The notes under the pieces: generated by a model
Databases searched by the model: none
What the model was told of the DNA's origin: nothing
What the model saw: only the letters and a program-made list of their open reading frames with translations
Assembly: GCA_030672475.1 (NCBI GenBank)
Contig: DAOVGI010000013.1
Coordinates: forward strand, 1,709-65,708
DNA: 64,000 nt
Reading direction: 5' to 3'
Source of the DNA: Candidatus Bathyarchaeota archaeon
Lineage (GTDB): Archaea; Thermoproteota; Bathyarchaeia; Bathyarchaeales; Bathycorpusculaceae
Shown here: piece by piece, positions 48,346-57,749 of the stretch
Numbering within the stretch: position 1 is the first letter of the stretch
How the letters are laid out: each line of letters starts with the position of its first letter
Made by a program: the position numbers and the translations under genes

Positions 48346-49218
48346 CTATAATAGTAACCATTGAAACATTAAAGCAGCAGAAGTTGAGGCCGCTACCAAA
48401 AGCGAGATAACTACAACTACTCGACGTTCAGTCAAAGGATGATGATAAGTAACAAGTGTGATCATACTCCTCACGTGATCCGAAAACAGCTTTTCTCCAT
48501 CAAAAGAAACACTCGCTTTGGTTTTGAAAAAGAAATGATTCAACAAAATCACGGAAGAGTTGAAAACGTATAGCGATAGTGAAATCAACAAAGTAGACTT
48601 CATATCAGAAATAATTGCGAATGCAGCTAATGTCATCCCAAGGGCAAAAGATCCAGTGTTGCCAATGAAGATTCTGCCTTGAAAATTGAGAGAAGCCAGC
48701 AAGAGCAACGTGATCAATGGAACGTATAATAGAATCGCGTTTGATCCTGAGATAGCCATCATTCCCATCATGATTATCGCTGGACAGATTGTTTCTAGAC
48801 CATTCAATCCTCCAAGCTGATTCACAGTATTAGTGGTTACGGTTACAATCAATGGGATAACCACAAAATAGTAATAGACGCCAAAATCTACCGCTCCAAA
48901 AATCGGTATTGTTATGGATGTGCGCAGTCCAAGTCGAGTGGCCAAAGAAATAAGCGGTATTGCAGCCATTAGTGGAAAGAGAGACTTGTAGCGCCACCTT
49001 AAATCCATCCAGTCGTCAAGCAACCCCATGAAACCACCAAACAGTATGCAGGCGGCCAAGGTCAAAGCTGGGGAAACGTTGGTGGATGCTTCTCCTGCCG
49101 ATTTGAGCCAATGCAAAAAGAAGAGATAAGTTACGCTGGCTAGAACGTAAGTAACGCCGAGGCCATTCGGAACTAAAGGTTTGTTTGGCTTGTGATAATC
49201 CGGGACTCTCGGAAACAA
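48346..49218 (-). CDS. Glycosyltransferase family 4 (MraY/WecA/AglH-like dolichyl-phosphate HexNAc-1-P transferase)
   Basis: 290-aa polytopic ORF with LLDDWMDLRWRYK and NTVNQLGGLNGLE. It lies immediately downstream of aglB. Confidence 0.8.
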   Translation of the reverse strand: MFPRVPDYHKPNKPLVPNGLGVTYVLASVTYLFFLHWLKSAGEASTNVSPALTLAACILFGGFMGLLDDWMDLRWRYKSLFPLMAAIPLISLATRLGLRTSITIPIFGAVDFGVYYYFVVIPLIVTVTTNTVNQLGGLNGLETICPAIIMMGMMAISGSNAILLYVPLITLLLLASLNFQGRIFIGNTGSFALGMTLAAFAIISDMKSTLLISLSLYVFNSSVILLNHFFFKTKASVSFDGEKLFSDHVRSMITLVTYHHPLTERRVVVVISLLVAASTSAALMFQWLLL

Positions 49219-49233
49219 GTTGTTTCTCCTCTA

Positions 49234-51516
49234 TCAACTTGGATAGTCATTGCAGTATTTCTGCCAGTCTATTTCATAAAGGCAGATAAGCGGGACAATA
49301 CCGCTATAGCTGCTTCCCGAATCGACTCCTGCGAAATACGCCTCCTTAAAGTATTTAGGCTTGACATCTTCAGCATTTAAGCCATTCCTAAACCATTCTT
49401 GCTGTTCGGGATCACCTACTCCATTCTTTTCACACCAACTGTGTTTTCCCCAAGCCATTAGCTTATAAACAGTTGAGCTCATTCCCAGATCGGCGCCAGG
49501 ACGTGGACTCCAATCCCATCTACCTTGAGGATAGAGATCAGTTCTAGTGTCATTGTAAAAGCCAAACGATGACTCATTAGTCCATGAGGTTCTCTCATCA
49601 ACAAAACCGTCTTCTACGAATCGGCTTTGTGCTTTCCCTGAGATACGTGCCATCCACATCCATTTTCCTTCATCGCCGTAGCCGATCCAGCGTCCTGCAG
49701 TGTCAGTGGTCGTGAAAACGAGAATATACTCTGCTTTGTACTGTTTCAACATTTTCAACGATTGTGTCTCATTAGCCATGAACGTGAAACCAACATTTTC
49801 TATTTGTGTCCCATTTATTGTGGCGTTGTCAACCAGCGATGTTACATTACCGAGAATTGTTAACCAGTATCCGTAATCCCACCAGCTGCATACAACAGTA
49901 GTTGCTTCGAGATTATTTCTCATCCAATTCAACATGTCCAGCCATTCATGTACAGGCTTGTCCGGGGCTATCGGAAGACTTCCAGCGGTTATGGTCACTG
50001 GGGACCAAGCTTGTTTATACACTTTAGGCATTGGAAAAGCAAAATTCGTCATAAGAATAAGGAAAATTAGGAACACAGCCGCACCGCTAAATTCCTTTCC
50101 AACAGGTTGCAGACCGTACTTCTTTCTCACACTAATTCTTGGCGGTTCCTTCAATAGAGTGTTGAATGGCTTCAAAATTCCAGTTATCCCTATGGACGCC
50201 AAAAGACCAAAGGCTGGTGCCATAAGCACAAGTAAACGTACCATGGAGCAAGCAAAGTAGAGTGACGTCAGGCCCAAGATCAAGAGAAACAAGTTCCTAT
50301 CGTTGAGGTCTCTCAATATAAAGAAAAAGCTGGCCGCAAAGAAGATTATTCCTATCCCAAAATCGTAATAGATGGATCCCCAAGCTGAAATCCTATGCTC
50401 AGCCACAGATTCTATGAGCGGGGATTGTCCGCGTATTAGAGGATTTATGACAGACATGAACTTCCCAGCTATACCTCGCATATAACCAAATTGCCAAAGA
50501 ACAGAAAAAACCCCAACTAACATTGCAAGCAAGATTACAATAAGTATAGTTCTCCATTTTGGAGATGTCACACCTCGAAAAACTTCACAAAAACATAGTA
50601 GTACAAATACACCAGCAACTGGCAAAATAGCGCTTGTGGTCAGATAAGTCGAAGTAATCTTTGGAACCCATGCTGTGATGTACAAACCTAACCCAAAAGT
50701 TATGCTGTAAGACAGAAAAAGCCGTCGTGTGTACCTCTTAAGTAGTATCGACAAAAAAACAAAGAGCACTGTGACACCGATAGGATAGTATGCGGCACCC
50801 CATGAGGAACAGAAATACCCCAGTACTATACCCGATGCAAGAGCATATTTCATGCTCGAATTCAACGGTTTACTCCTTTCTATTGCCCTTAGAAAAAGAA
50901 GCGCAAACAGCACGAGGGCTAATATACCCACTGTTTCGTCGTCGAAGAATCCAACCTGAGTTCGTTGAATGTAAGAAGGGCTCAACGCTAAAAACAGAGA
51001 TGAGAATAATCCTACAGGTTTCCCCCCAATATCCTTACCCAGAAAATAAATCGCCAAGCTCGCAAGCATGCCCATGATGGCTGGAAAAATTGCACAAAGA
51101 TCCATTAAGCTGATGTTTACTCCTAGCGATGAGATTATGCTGTATAGAAGTGCTGCTGTTAGCGGTAATCCTGGATATCCTCCTTTTGCAATGTTTATTC
51201 CACTCGGATACCATCTATATGTGTCAACCCATTGCGTAGGCCAAGCCCACGAAATGAAGCCGTTGTTGATCATATACTCCGCAAATCGATATTGAAAGTA
51301 AGGGTCGAATTCTGAGAGATGCAACTGCACTGAGTCTGCTTTCGGGTCGATCTCCCAGCGCAGCGGGAACAGACGGATTGTAAACGCTACGAGTAGTATA
51401 AGGACTAAGGCTGAAAAAGTCAGTAGAGAGCTGTGGTTTACTTTAATGCGAAGCTTTCCCAGACTCTTCAGGCTGTTGACAAAACGTTCTTTCGACAAAA
51501 TGTTGCCAACCTTCAT
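49234..51516 (-). CDS. aglB: Oligosaccharyltransferase AglB (STT3 family)
   Basis: 760-aa ORF with a multi-TM N-terminal half and the WWDYGYW motif. Confidence 0.9.
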   Translation of the reverse strand: MKVGNILSKERFVNSLKSLGKLRIKVNHSSLLTFSALVLILLVAFTIRLFPLRWEIDPKADSVQLHLSEFDPYFQYRFAEYMINNGFISWAWPTQWVDTYRWYPSGINIAKGGYPGLPLTAALLYSIISSLGVNISLMDLCAIFPAIMGMLASLAIYFLGKDIGGKPVGLFSSLFLALSPSYIQRTQVGFFDDETVGILALVLFALLFLRAIERSKPLNSSMKYALASGIVLGYFCSSWGAAYYPIGVTVLFVFLSILLKRYTRRLFLSYSITFGLGLYITAWVPKITSTYLTTSAILPVAGVFVLLCFCEVFRGVTSPKWRTILIVILLAMLVGVFSVLWQFGYMRGIAGKFMSVINPLIRGQSPLIESVAEHRISAWGSIYYDFGIGIIFFAASFFFILRDLNDRNLFLLILGLTSLYFACSMVRLLVLMAPAFGLLASIGITGILKPFNTLLKEPPRISVRKKYGLQPVGKEFSGAAVFLIFLILMTNFAFPMPKVYKQAWSPVTITAGSLPIAPDKPVHEWLDMLNWMRNNLEATTVVCSWWDYGYWLTILGNVTSLVDNATINGTQIENVGFTFMANETQSLKMLKQYKAEYILVFTTTDTAGRWIGYGDEGKWMWMARISGKAQSRFVEDGFVDERTSWTNESSFGFYNDTRTDLYPQGRWDWSPRPGADLGMSSTVYKLMAWGKHSWCEKNGVGDPEQQEWFRNGLNAEDVKPKYFKEAYFAGVDSGSSYSGIVPLICLYEIDWQKYCNDYPS

Positions 51517-51580
51517 TTGACCATCTCTTTAACACAGATTATTGAAGTGTTTTATTTCTCTTGTGGTTAACCAATGACTT

Positions 51581-52726
51581 CTATGTTGTAGTTTTCCTCT
51601 TGTAACCGTATATTTCGGCGTCATAAAACGGGGATGACACAATTTTACCTTTTATCAGTCTGTTACGTATCTTGATGTTGATCAAATCTCGTTTTTGATC
51701 TTGAACCGTCCTAATGTAACCCATTCCTATACCACATTTTAGTAACGGTGAAAACGTTCCACTTGTTATGTACCCTATTTTTTCTTCCTCGTCGTCATAG
51801 ATATCGAAGCCTGGTCGAGGTATGCCTTGCTCCACCATTCGTATTCCAACGCGTTTACGTTTAATTCCTTCATTTTTCTGTTTCAGTAATGCTTCTTTTC
51901 CTATGAAACTTCCTTTCCGGAATTTCACGACGAAGCTTAACCTTGCCTCCAATGGAGTTGTGCTTTCATCAATGTCGTTTCCATAAAGGCACATTCCCGC
52001 CTCGAGCCTCAGAGTGTCTCTTGCACCCAGACCACAAGGTTCTATTCCAGAAAATTCGCCAGCTTCAAGAATGGCATTCCATAATTTCACCGCATTGCCA
52101 GGTTTCGATAATGATGCATCCCACACGAAGACTTCAAAGCCGTCCTCGCCCGTGTAGCCAGTTCTGGAGATAAAAACTTTCACGTCCGCCATGCGTGAAT
52201 GCTCACATTTAAATCTTCCAATTTTGCTTAAACCGGTTGAGGAAAGTTTCTGAAGGGTTTCCTCAGCTTTTGGGCCTTGAACCGCAAACATTGCTACGTT
52301 ATTTGAAATATCTTTGATTTCCACATCGAAGCCTTCAGCGTTTCTAATCAACCAATTGTAATCTTTCTTCCTGTTGCTTGCATTGAAAACTATCAAAATC
52401 TTTTCTGGGTTCAGTCGATACACAACGAAGTCATCTATTATACCACCATTTGCGTTGCACATGACTGAATATTGAGCGCTGTTAGGTTGCAACGCGGAAA
52501 CGTTGTTCGTTATCACATGATTTAAAAAGCGTTCGGAATCAATGCCTGTAACTAAAACACGTCCCATATGTGAGATATCGAAGATGCCGACGCTGTTTCG
52601 TACTGCCAAGTGTTCGAGAATTACTCCCTTATACCATATCGGCATCTCAAAACCAGCAAAAACAGTCAACTTCCCCTTTTTTTTATGCACTTCATAAAGT
52701 TGGGTTCTACGTGTTTCTTCTGTCAA
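51581..52726 (-). CDS. gcvT: Glycine cleavage system aminomethyltransferase (T protein)
   Basis: 381-aa ORF with TQLYEVHKKKGKLTVFAGFEMPIWY, FDISHMG and the GYTGEDGFE motif. Confidence 0.9.
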   Translation of the reverse strand: MTEETRRTQLYEVHKKKGKLTVFAGFEMPIWYKGVILEHLAVRNSVGIFDISHMGRVLVTGIDSERFLNHVITNNVSALQPNSAQYSVMCNANGGIIDDFVVYRLNPEKILIVFNASNRKKDYNWLIRNAEGFDVEIKDISNNVAMFAVQGPKAEETLQKLSSTGLSKIGRFKCEHSRMADVKVFISRTGYTGEDGFEVFVWDASLSKPGNAVKLWNAILEAGEFSGIEPCGLGARDTLRLEAGMCLYGNDIDESTTPLEARLSFVVKFRKGSFIGKEALLKQKNEGIKRKRVGIRMVEQGIPRPGFDIYDDEEEKIGYITSGTFSPLLKCGIGMGYIRTVQDQKRDLINIKIRNRLIKGKIVSSPFYDAEIYGYKRKTTT

Positions 52727-52743
52727 TTTTCTTCTCTCAGGAA

Positions 52744-52911
52744 TTATTGTGCGGATTTCACTTCAACATCTAATGGTACTAGTGCAAGTTTTCTACCGCA
52801 CTCGGGGCATTTCCCGTTATATTGCTGAAGAATTTCATCCGGAGGTTTAAGACTGTCACCTTCATACAATACGTAGCCACATTGTTGACATACAACACGC
52901 TGAGGCACCAC
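52744..52911 (-). CDS. Small zinc-ribbon protein (55 aa), not in the ORF track
   Basis: Hand translation: (M)VPQRVVCQQCGYVLYEGDSLKPPDEILQQYNGKCPECGRKLALVPLDVEVKSAQ. The GTG start is preceded by AAGGAG, and the stop lies 17 nt before the gcvT start. Confidence 0.5.
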   Translation of the reverse strand: MVPQRVVCQQCGYVLYEGDSLKPPDEILQQYNGKCPECGRKLALVPLDVEVKSAQ

Positions 52912-53072
52912 TTCACACTCCTTGGTAGCGAATGAAGTAAATGATTATGACATATTTATTGATTGCTAATTCTAGAATGCTGCCTTCCGCTTTTCGTAGA
53001 AACTTTTAATTTTATCTGCGAAATTTACTTCTGAGAAGTGATTTGCTTATATGCTAAAGGATATGCAGTGAA

Positions 53073-55169
53073 ATGGGAAAGTATACGCTGATCGTTACGG
53101 AGAAGCCTGATGCCGCGCATAGGATAGCTTCAGCACTTGATGAAAAGGGAAAAGGGAAGAAGAGGGAAGACAATGGAGTGCCGTATTATGTGGCTAGAAG
53201 AGGTAAAGAAATAGTTGTTGTTCCGTCTTTAGGGCATTTGTATACGGTTGCTGAAGAAAGAAAAGGAAGAAACTATTATCCAGTTTTCAATTTCAGATGG
53301 GTGCCAAGGTATGCTGTTGAAAGAAAAGCAAAACAAATACGCACGTGGATTGAAACTATCTCAAAGCTTGCTGGCGACGCTGACATGTTTATTGATGCGT
53401 GCGATTATGACATAGAAGGAAGCGTAATTGGATATTGCATATTAAAATATGCTTGCGGTGACAAAGAAGGCGTATCAAAACGTATGAAGTTTTCCACACT
53501 TACGAAGGAGGAACTGGAGAAGTCATACGCAGAACTACTGCCACACTTGGATTTTGCGCTTATAGAGGCTGGAAGCATAAGACACGAGGTTGATTGGCTT
53601 TATGGTGTAAATCTTTCACGAGCTTTAACGATATCTGCACGTAATTGGAGCGGAAAATATGCGACATTGAGCACTGGAAGAGTACAAGGTCCAACACTAA
53701 AATTTATTGTTACGAGGGAGAAAGACATCAGAAGCTTTGTACCTACACCTTACTGGGAGGTGAAAGCGGAAGTCGAAATCGATGAATTAGTTTTTGAAGC
53801 AGAATATGAGAAAGAAAACATAGAAAAGAAGACTGAAGCAGCTGCCATTTTGAATGCTTGCAAGGGAAAAAACGGGCAAGTTGTGAAAATAGACATCAGA
53901 AAATTCCAGCAAAAACCTCCTATCCCATTTGATCTAGGCACTCTACAAAGTGAAGCCTACGGCTTATTTGGCTATACGCCCAGACGCACATTAACTATTG
54001 CCCAGCATCTCTACCTGGAAGCTTTAATCTCTTACCCAAGAACAAGCAGTCAAAAACTCCCGGTTGAAATAGGCTATAGAACAATACTTAAGAAGCTAGG
54101 AAAAGTTCCCAAATACAAGAAATTCACGAAGGAGCTTCTCGCAAAACCAGAATTAAAGCCTAGAGAAGGGAAGAAGAAAGATCCAGCACACCCCGCCATT
54201 TACCCAACAGGGAAGCTACCTGAAAGTAATTTGGACGCTGCCGAAAGGAAAATCCTTGATCTCACTGTGAGAAGGTTTCTCGCTGTTTTCGGCGAACCAG
54301 CAACAAAGCAAAGCATGAAAGTTAAAATCAATGTTGATAAACATCACTTCTACTTGAGAGGAAGACAAACCCTGAAAAAAGGATGGCTACGTTTCTACAA
54401 GCCATATGTGAGATCAGAAGAAGTTCTTTTGCCGCTTATAGAAGAAAAACAAACAATCGAAGTTAGAAGAGTGATTTTAGAGAACAAGTTTACTAAGGCG
54501 CCACCGCGGTATAATCCGGGCAGTCTTCTTAAGAAAATGGAAGAGACTGGAATTGGAACGAAAGCGACAAGGGCAAATATCATGCAGACGCTTTATGACA
54601 GAAAATATGTTCGAGACGAAAGAATAGTCGTTACGGATTTAGGCTTTGAGATTTTGGGAGTTCTTGAAAGATACTGTCCAGCCGTTGTTTCACTAAAGAT
54701 GACAAGTGAACTTGAGGAGCGTATGGATAAGGTACAAACAAAAAGGGAAAAAAGGGACAACGTGCTAGTGGACGCCGTCAAAATACTTAAACCCGTTATG
54801 GAGGAGTTGAAGGAGAAAGAGAAAACAATTGGCGAGCAGTTAAGCAATGCCATCAAAAGGGCTAAGCTTGAAGAGAGGATAGTCGGCGCATGCCCAGTTT
54901 GTGGAACAGGTAAGCTTATGATTTTACACTCAAGGAAAACTGGGAAACGTTTCATTGGATGCACAAATTATTTCAAAGGGAAATGTAAGACATCATTCCC
55001 ACTTCCGCAAAAAGGCTCGGTCAGACCATTTGAAAGAAACTGCCGCGGATGCGGTTGGCCCACGGTTCAGGTTCACATAAAGGGGAAACGTGCGTGGAGG
55101 CTGTGTTTCAATCCTGAATGTCCATTGAAGAAGGAGAGAAGGAAACGAATTGAAATGCGTAATATGTAA
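53073..55169 (+). CDS. topA: Type IA DNA topoisomerase with C-terminal zinc ribbons
   Basis: 698-aa ORF with a Toprim N-terminus (LIVTEKPDAA) and the active-site Tyr region ISYPRTSSQ. The C-terminal zinc ribbons are CPVCGTG..CTNY and CRGCGW. Confidence 0.9.
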   Translation: MGKYTLIVTEKPDAAHRIASALDEKGKGKKREDNGVPYYVARRGKEIVVVPSLGHLYTVAEERKGRNYYPVFNFRWVPRYAVERKAKQIRTWIETISKLAGDADMFIDACDYDIEGSVIGYCILKYACGDKEGVSKRMKFSTLTKEELEKSYAELLPHLDFALIEAGSIRHEVDWLYGVNLSRALTISARNWSGKYATLSTGRVQGPTLKFIVTREKDIRSFVPTPYWEVKAEVEIDELVFEAEYEKENIEKKTEAAAILNACKGKNGQVVKIDIRKFQQKPPIPFDLGTLQSEAYGLFGYTPRRTLTIAQHLYLEALISYPRTSSQKLPVEIGYRTILKKLGKVPKYKKFTKELLAKPELKPREGKKKDPAHPAIYPTGKLPESNLDAAERKILDLTVRRFLAVFGEPATKQSMKVKINVDKHHFYLRGRQTLKKGWLRFYKPYVRSEEVLLPLIEEKQTIEVRRVILENKFTKAPPRYNPGSLLKKMEETGIGTKATRANIMQTLYDRKYVRDERIVVTDLGFEILGVLERYCPAVVSLKMTSELEERMDKVQTKREKRDNVLVDAVKILKPVMEELKEKEKTIGEQLSNAIKRAKLEERIVGACPVCGTGKLMILHSRKTGKRFIGCTNYFKGKCKTSFPLPQKGSVRPFERNCRGCGWPTVQVHIKGKRAWRLCFNPECPLKKERRKRIEMRNM

Positions 55170-55383
55170 TAGAGAAGCTGACAAAGAAGATTACTGCGAA
55201 CTACATGCGAAAGCTTATGAAAGCATCGTTGAGAAACACGATGTATGGAAAAGAGCACTAGAAATCTCTTGGAAAGAATATTTAAGTGAGATCATCAAGA
55301 ACTCATTAACAGGAGAATGGGCAAAGGAAGTGGCGGAATATCTGATTAAAAGTGGTGAGGAACAAAGTGTCACGAAGAGTTAA
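55150..55383 (+). CDS. Small protein with N-terminal CxxC...C..H knuckle, unknown function
   Basis: 77-aa ORF with a TTG start. It overlaps the topA end by 20 nt and the next ORF by 32 nt. Confidence 0.4.
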   Translation: MKCVICNREADKEDYCELHAKAYESIVEKHDVWKRALEISWKEYLSEIIKNSLTGEWAKEVAEYLIKSGEEQSVTKS

Positions 55384-55798
55384 GAGAAGATTATCGTCGT
55401 TGTCCTATACTATTAACAAGTTTTACAGGAAACTTTCAACGGCGAAACCGTCCGCCCTTATTCTTTCAGCATTAGCCATAGCTATAGCAATATTTCTTTT
55501 CGGAGGAGGCATCTATAACCTGGTTAGGAGGCCACTTCCCTCAGCTTATGTTAATGTTCCCGGCGGTGGACGCTTCATCTTTCTTTATCCCCAACTATCG
55601 GAGCAGTTTATTACCGACAGCATAATCGCTACAATTCTCTATTCGATGGGCGTCATTGGAGCACTGACAATGTACCAAAGCACAAAATACGCTTACAAGC
55701 CGAGACAAGCCCATCTGATGCTTCTGATCGGTGTTGTTGTTCTGATTTTGGCATATGTACTTCTTGAAACCACAATACACATGAAATTGAGTCGATGA
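55352..55798 (+). CDS. Three-TM membrane protein, unknown family
   Basis: 148-aa ORF with a basic N-terminus followed by three hydrophobic helices. Confidence 0.5.
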   Translation: MVRNKVSRRVKRRLSSLSYTINKFYRKLSTAKPSALILSALAIAIAIFLFGGGIYNLVRRPLPSAYVNVPGGGRFIFLYPQLSEQFITDSIIATILYSMGVIGALTMYQSTKYAYKPRQAHLMLLIGVVVLILAYVLLETTIHMKLSR

Positions 55799-55803
55799 AA
55801 GCT

Positions 55804-56313
55804 TTACCAAGGATTACTTTTTAGACCCATCTTGTATGCCACGAAATTTGTCAACAAGTGTATTGGAGGAGTCATGATCAAAGCCGTTATGATCAGCTCC
55901 AAAGGAAATGTTGGTAAATAGATCGGAAACGAGAATAGAATCGCCCCTATTACAAAATCAAATTGATCAACGAAAAGCAACATGTCACCTGGGGAGAGAC
56001 TAAGCCTTCTCTTTATAAAAGCTCCTGTTAGGTCCCCAAATAAGGCTCCTAAAGACAACAGCAATCCCAGTGTAGCAGGGTAGCTGAAAAATATGCTTTC
56101 TACGAAACCCACAGCCGTTCCAACAACAAGCCCGGAAAAGAAACCTCGAAAGGTTTTGTTCTTCCCAAAAATTGGCTTCCCATCAATAAACTTCCCTCCA
56201 AAATCTAGAGGAAACCCCCCACCAGTGATTACTGGTATAGCATTGGCACAGTATGCAGGAAATATCAACGTTAGCGCTTCAATGATTAATTGTGCAAACA
56301 TCGTTTTCAACAA
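55804..56313 (-). CDS. carS: CDP-archaeol synthase (DUF46 family)
   Basis: 169-aa polytopic ORF with the signature PLDFGGKFIDGKPIFGKNKTFRGF. Confidence 0.8.
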   Translation of the reverse strand: MLKTMFAQLIIEALTLIFPAYCANAIPVITGGGFPLDFGGKFIDGKPIFGKNKTFRGFFSGLVVGTAVGFVESIFFSYPATLGLLLSLGALFGDLTGAFIKRRLSLSPGDMLLFVDQFDFVIGAILFSFPIYLPTFPLELIITALIMTPPIHLLTNFVAYKMGLKSNPW

Positions 56314-56324
56314 CCATTAACAAA

Positions 56325-57029
56325 TTAAATATCATGTATTCCTACCTCATCTATTTTTAAGTGACAAGTTGAACGCTGCACCTTTTTGAGGTTTTTTTCC
56401 ACAAATACTTTGATTACTTGTGGTTTCTCCGTAGGTTTCATGACAATGATAGCGTCCGCCCAGAACTTCAGCACCCTGTTGGCCACAGGTTCTACGCTCG
56501 TGAATTCTTTGTTGAAAATGCTTCGCACTTGACTTATTGTCAAGACCGCGATTTTTTGAGTTTTGGCAATTTGTGCTAAACTAGCCATCTGCCTGTTTAG
56601 TTCCCGGTTTAGTTCGAATGTTTTTTCAGGCTGGTCCGCGATGTTGGCGCGGTAAAGAGATGTGATAGTGTCAATCACTACAAGCCCGAAGTTATTAGTT
56701 ATATAATCAGCCATTCGGTCTATAATCATTTCTTGTTCGCGAAAAGTGCTTGGCTTCATCAAAATTATCATCTTTGCAATGTCTTGAAAATCCCTTGAGG
56801 CAATTTGAGAAAGCCTTCGCCCCGAGAATGTGCCATCACAATCCGCAAACAATGTCTTATAACCTTGCCTTGCACAGTTTACAGCACACTGCGTGGCTAA
56901 AGTTGTTTTTCCAGTTTCCGCTTCACCATAAACTAAGCTGAGCTTCCCGTTTGAGATACCGCCTTCTAGAAAATCATCAATCTTTTTGCAGCCCAATGGG
57001 ATGTTGTGTATCACAGTTGTGCACATCAA
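56325..57029 (-). CDS. radB: RadB / RadA-paralog recombinase-family ATPase
   Basis: 234-aa ORF with Walker A GEAETGKTT, Walker B LVVIDTI, and a size typical of RadB. Confidence 0.8.
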   Translation of the reverse strand: MMCTTVIHNIPLGCKKIDDFLEGGISNGKLSLVYGEAETGKTTLATQCAVNCARQGYKTLFADCDGTFSGRRLSQIASRDFQDIAKMIILMKPSTFREQEMIIDRMADYITNNFGLVVIDTITSLYRANIADQPEKTFELNRELNRQMASLAQIAKTQKIAVLTISQVRSIFNKEFTSVEPVANRVLKFWADAIIVMKPTEKPQVIKVFVEKNLKKVQRSTCHLKIDEVGIHDI

Positions 57030-57095
57030 TGAATATAAACAGCGAAACTAATAATTTGTTTTGTGCCGTAAACGTCAAACAAACTGGAAAGAAAT

Positions 57096-57749
57096 ATGAA
57101 ATCCGAGATAGCCGTAGCAACGGTTTCAGGGAAGGCTTACTACTTGATAGTTAGAGAGTTGAAAAAGAGAAGTATACCGTTTTTGAGTTTGACTCCAAAT
57201 GAACGCGTTCCTATAGAGGTTAAGGTTGTCATAACCACAGAAAAGGAGCGTCCACGCATAAGACATGAGAAAACTGTAACGTTCAAAGATGGAATGAAAA
57301 CTGAAGCTGTGATAAATAGAGCAATGCAAGTTGCTCAAGGAAAAGAATTGTATGAAAAAATTGTTATTGGCGTGGACCCTGGCAAAGTTTTTGGACTAGC
57401 GGTTTTAGCTGACGGTAATGTTGTTGACACGGGAAACTGTTTCAACATTGAAGAAACAGTGGATAAGATAAAGAACATTCTGGAGAACTTTGAGAGCGAT
57501 CCTACAACCTCCGTCTCGGTTAAAATTGGCGATGGAGTTCCTGAATATAAGGACAATCTTTTGCGAGCATTAGACAAAGAACTACCCTCAAATGTGGTGT
57601 TGAAAAGCGTGAGAGAGGCAGGAACTAATCGTTACAGTAGTGAAACAAAACATAGAAGAGGATTGAGGGACATCGTCTCAGCTGTGAAAATTGCTGGAAG
57701 GAGCGGTCATACATTTACACGGAGGAAAAGTGATGAAGCGAACTGTTGA
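57096..57749 (+). CDS. Predicted RNase-H-fold (RuvC/YqgF-like) protein, unknown function
   Basis: 217-aa ORF. The segment IVIGVDPGKVFGLAVLADGNVVDTG resembles the first strand-turn-strand of RNase-H-fold nucleases. Its end overlaps the kinase gene. Confidence 0.45.
   Translation: MKSEIAVATVSGKAYYLIVRELKKRSIPFLSLTPNERVPIEVKVVITTEKERPRIRHEKTVTFKDGMKTEAVINRAMQVAQGKELYEKIVIGVDPGKVFGLAVLADGNVVDTGNCFNIEETVDKIKNILENFESDPTTSVSVKIGDGVPEYKDNLLRALDKELPSNVVLKSVREAGTNRYSSETKHRRGLRDIVSAVKIAGRSGHTFTRRKSDEANC

Noticed and set aside
49216-49236. The aglB stop and the GT4 start are in the same reading frame, so I considered read-through or fusion
   Set aside because: The same frame is expected by chance one time in three. 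Both products are complete, independent families, and the spacer contains a normal start context.
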